Below, piece after piece: positions 20,244-20,342 of a stretch of 20,342 nucleotides of DNA (its first letter is position 1; every line of letters begins with the position of its first letter). The DNA is taken from sequence record SRR31156797_2770. One strand, 5' to 3'. The notes beneath the pieces are model-generated. The model saw nothing but the letters and a program-made list of their open reading frames with translations, searched no databases and was not told the DNA's origin. The position numbers were made by a program, and so were the translations under genes.

Positions 20244-20279
20244 AAAAAACCAGTTAGGTGCGTAGACCTAACTGGTTTT
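20244..20279 (-). terminator. Terminator of a convergent transcript entering from the right edge (may be bidirectional)
   Basis: AAAAAACCAGTTAGGT-gcgtag-ACCTAACTGGTTTT, a 14-bp perfect stem. Confidence 0.8.
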
Positions 20280-20342
20280 CGGGCTAAAATCTTAGAACGT
20301 ATCTGGTTTATCCTGACCCAGATTTGATTTTGCACAACTCAT

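Noticed and set aside
20292-20342. Possible 3' end of a minus-strand gene at the right edge
   Set aside because: The frame is ambiguous (two frames stay open to different stops) and too short to call.

Overview
A low-GC Gram-positive chromosomal window, most likely Enterococcus (inferred from gene content and the style of SD sequences and promoters; not verified). Left to right: (1) the 5' end of a probable secreted-protein gene, divergent from an Mga-type regulator; (2) a YhxD/YghA-type SDR; (3) a minus-strand glycoside operon (GH3, orphan PTS EIIC, ROK kinase, GH1, esterase, DUF4091/GH123-like protein) divergent from an AraC regulator; (4) two small membrane-protein genes; (5) a licT-bglP-GH1 operon with two variant RAT/terminator modules; (6) an Rgg/GadR/MutR regulator. 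The most novel-looking element is missing from the ORF track. Divergent from rgg is a predicted ~420-nt minus-strand transcription unit (TATAAT -10, intrinsic terminator) that carries a 16-codon ORF (MEFEPFGPWEINPFKN, SD AAAGGAGGT) and then ~340 nt of nested hairpins with UCCCC motifs. It is a candidate Rgg peptide-signalling locus and dual-function regulatory RNA. No mobile element, CRISPR array, tRNA or rRNA was seen.
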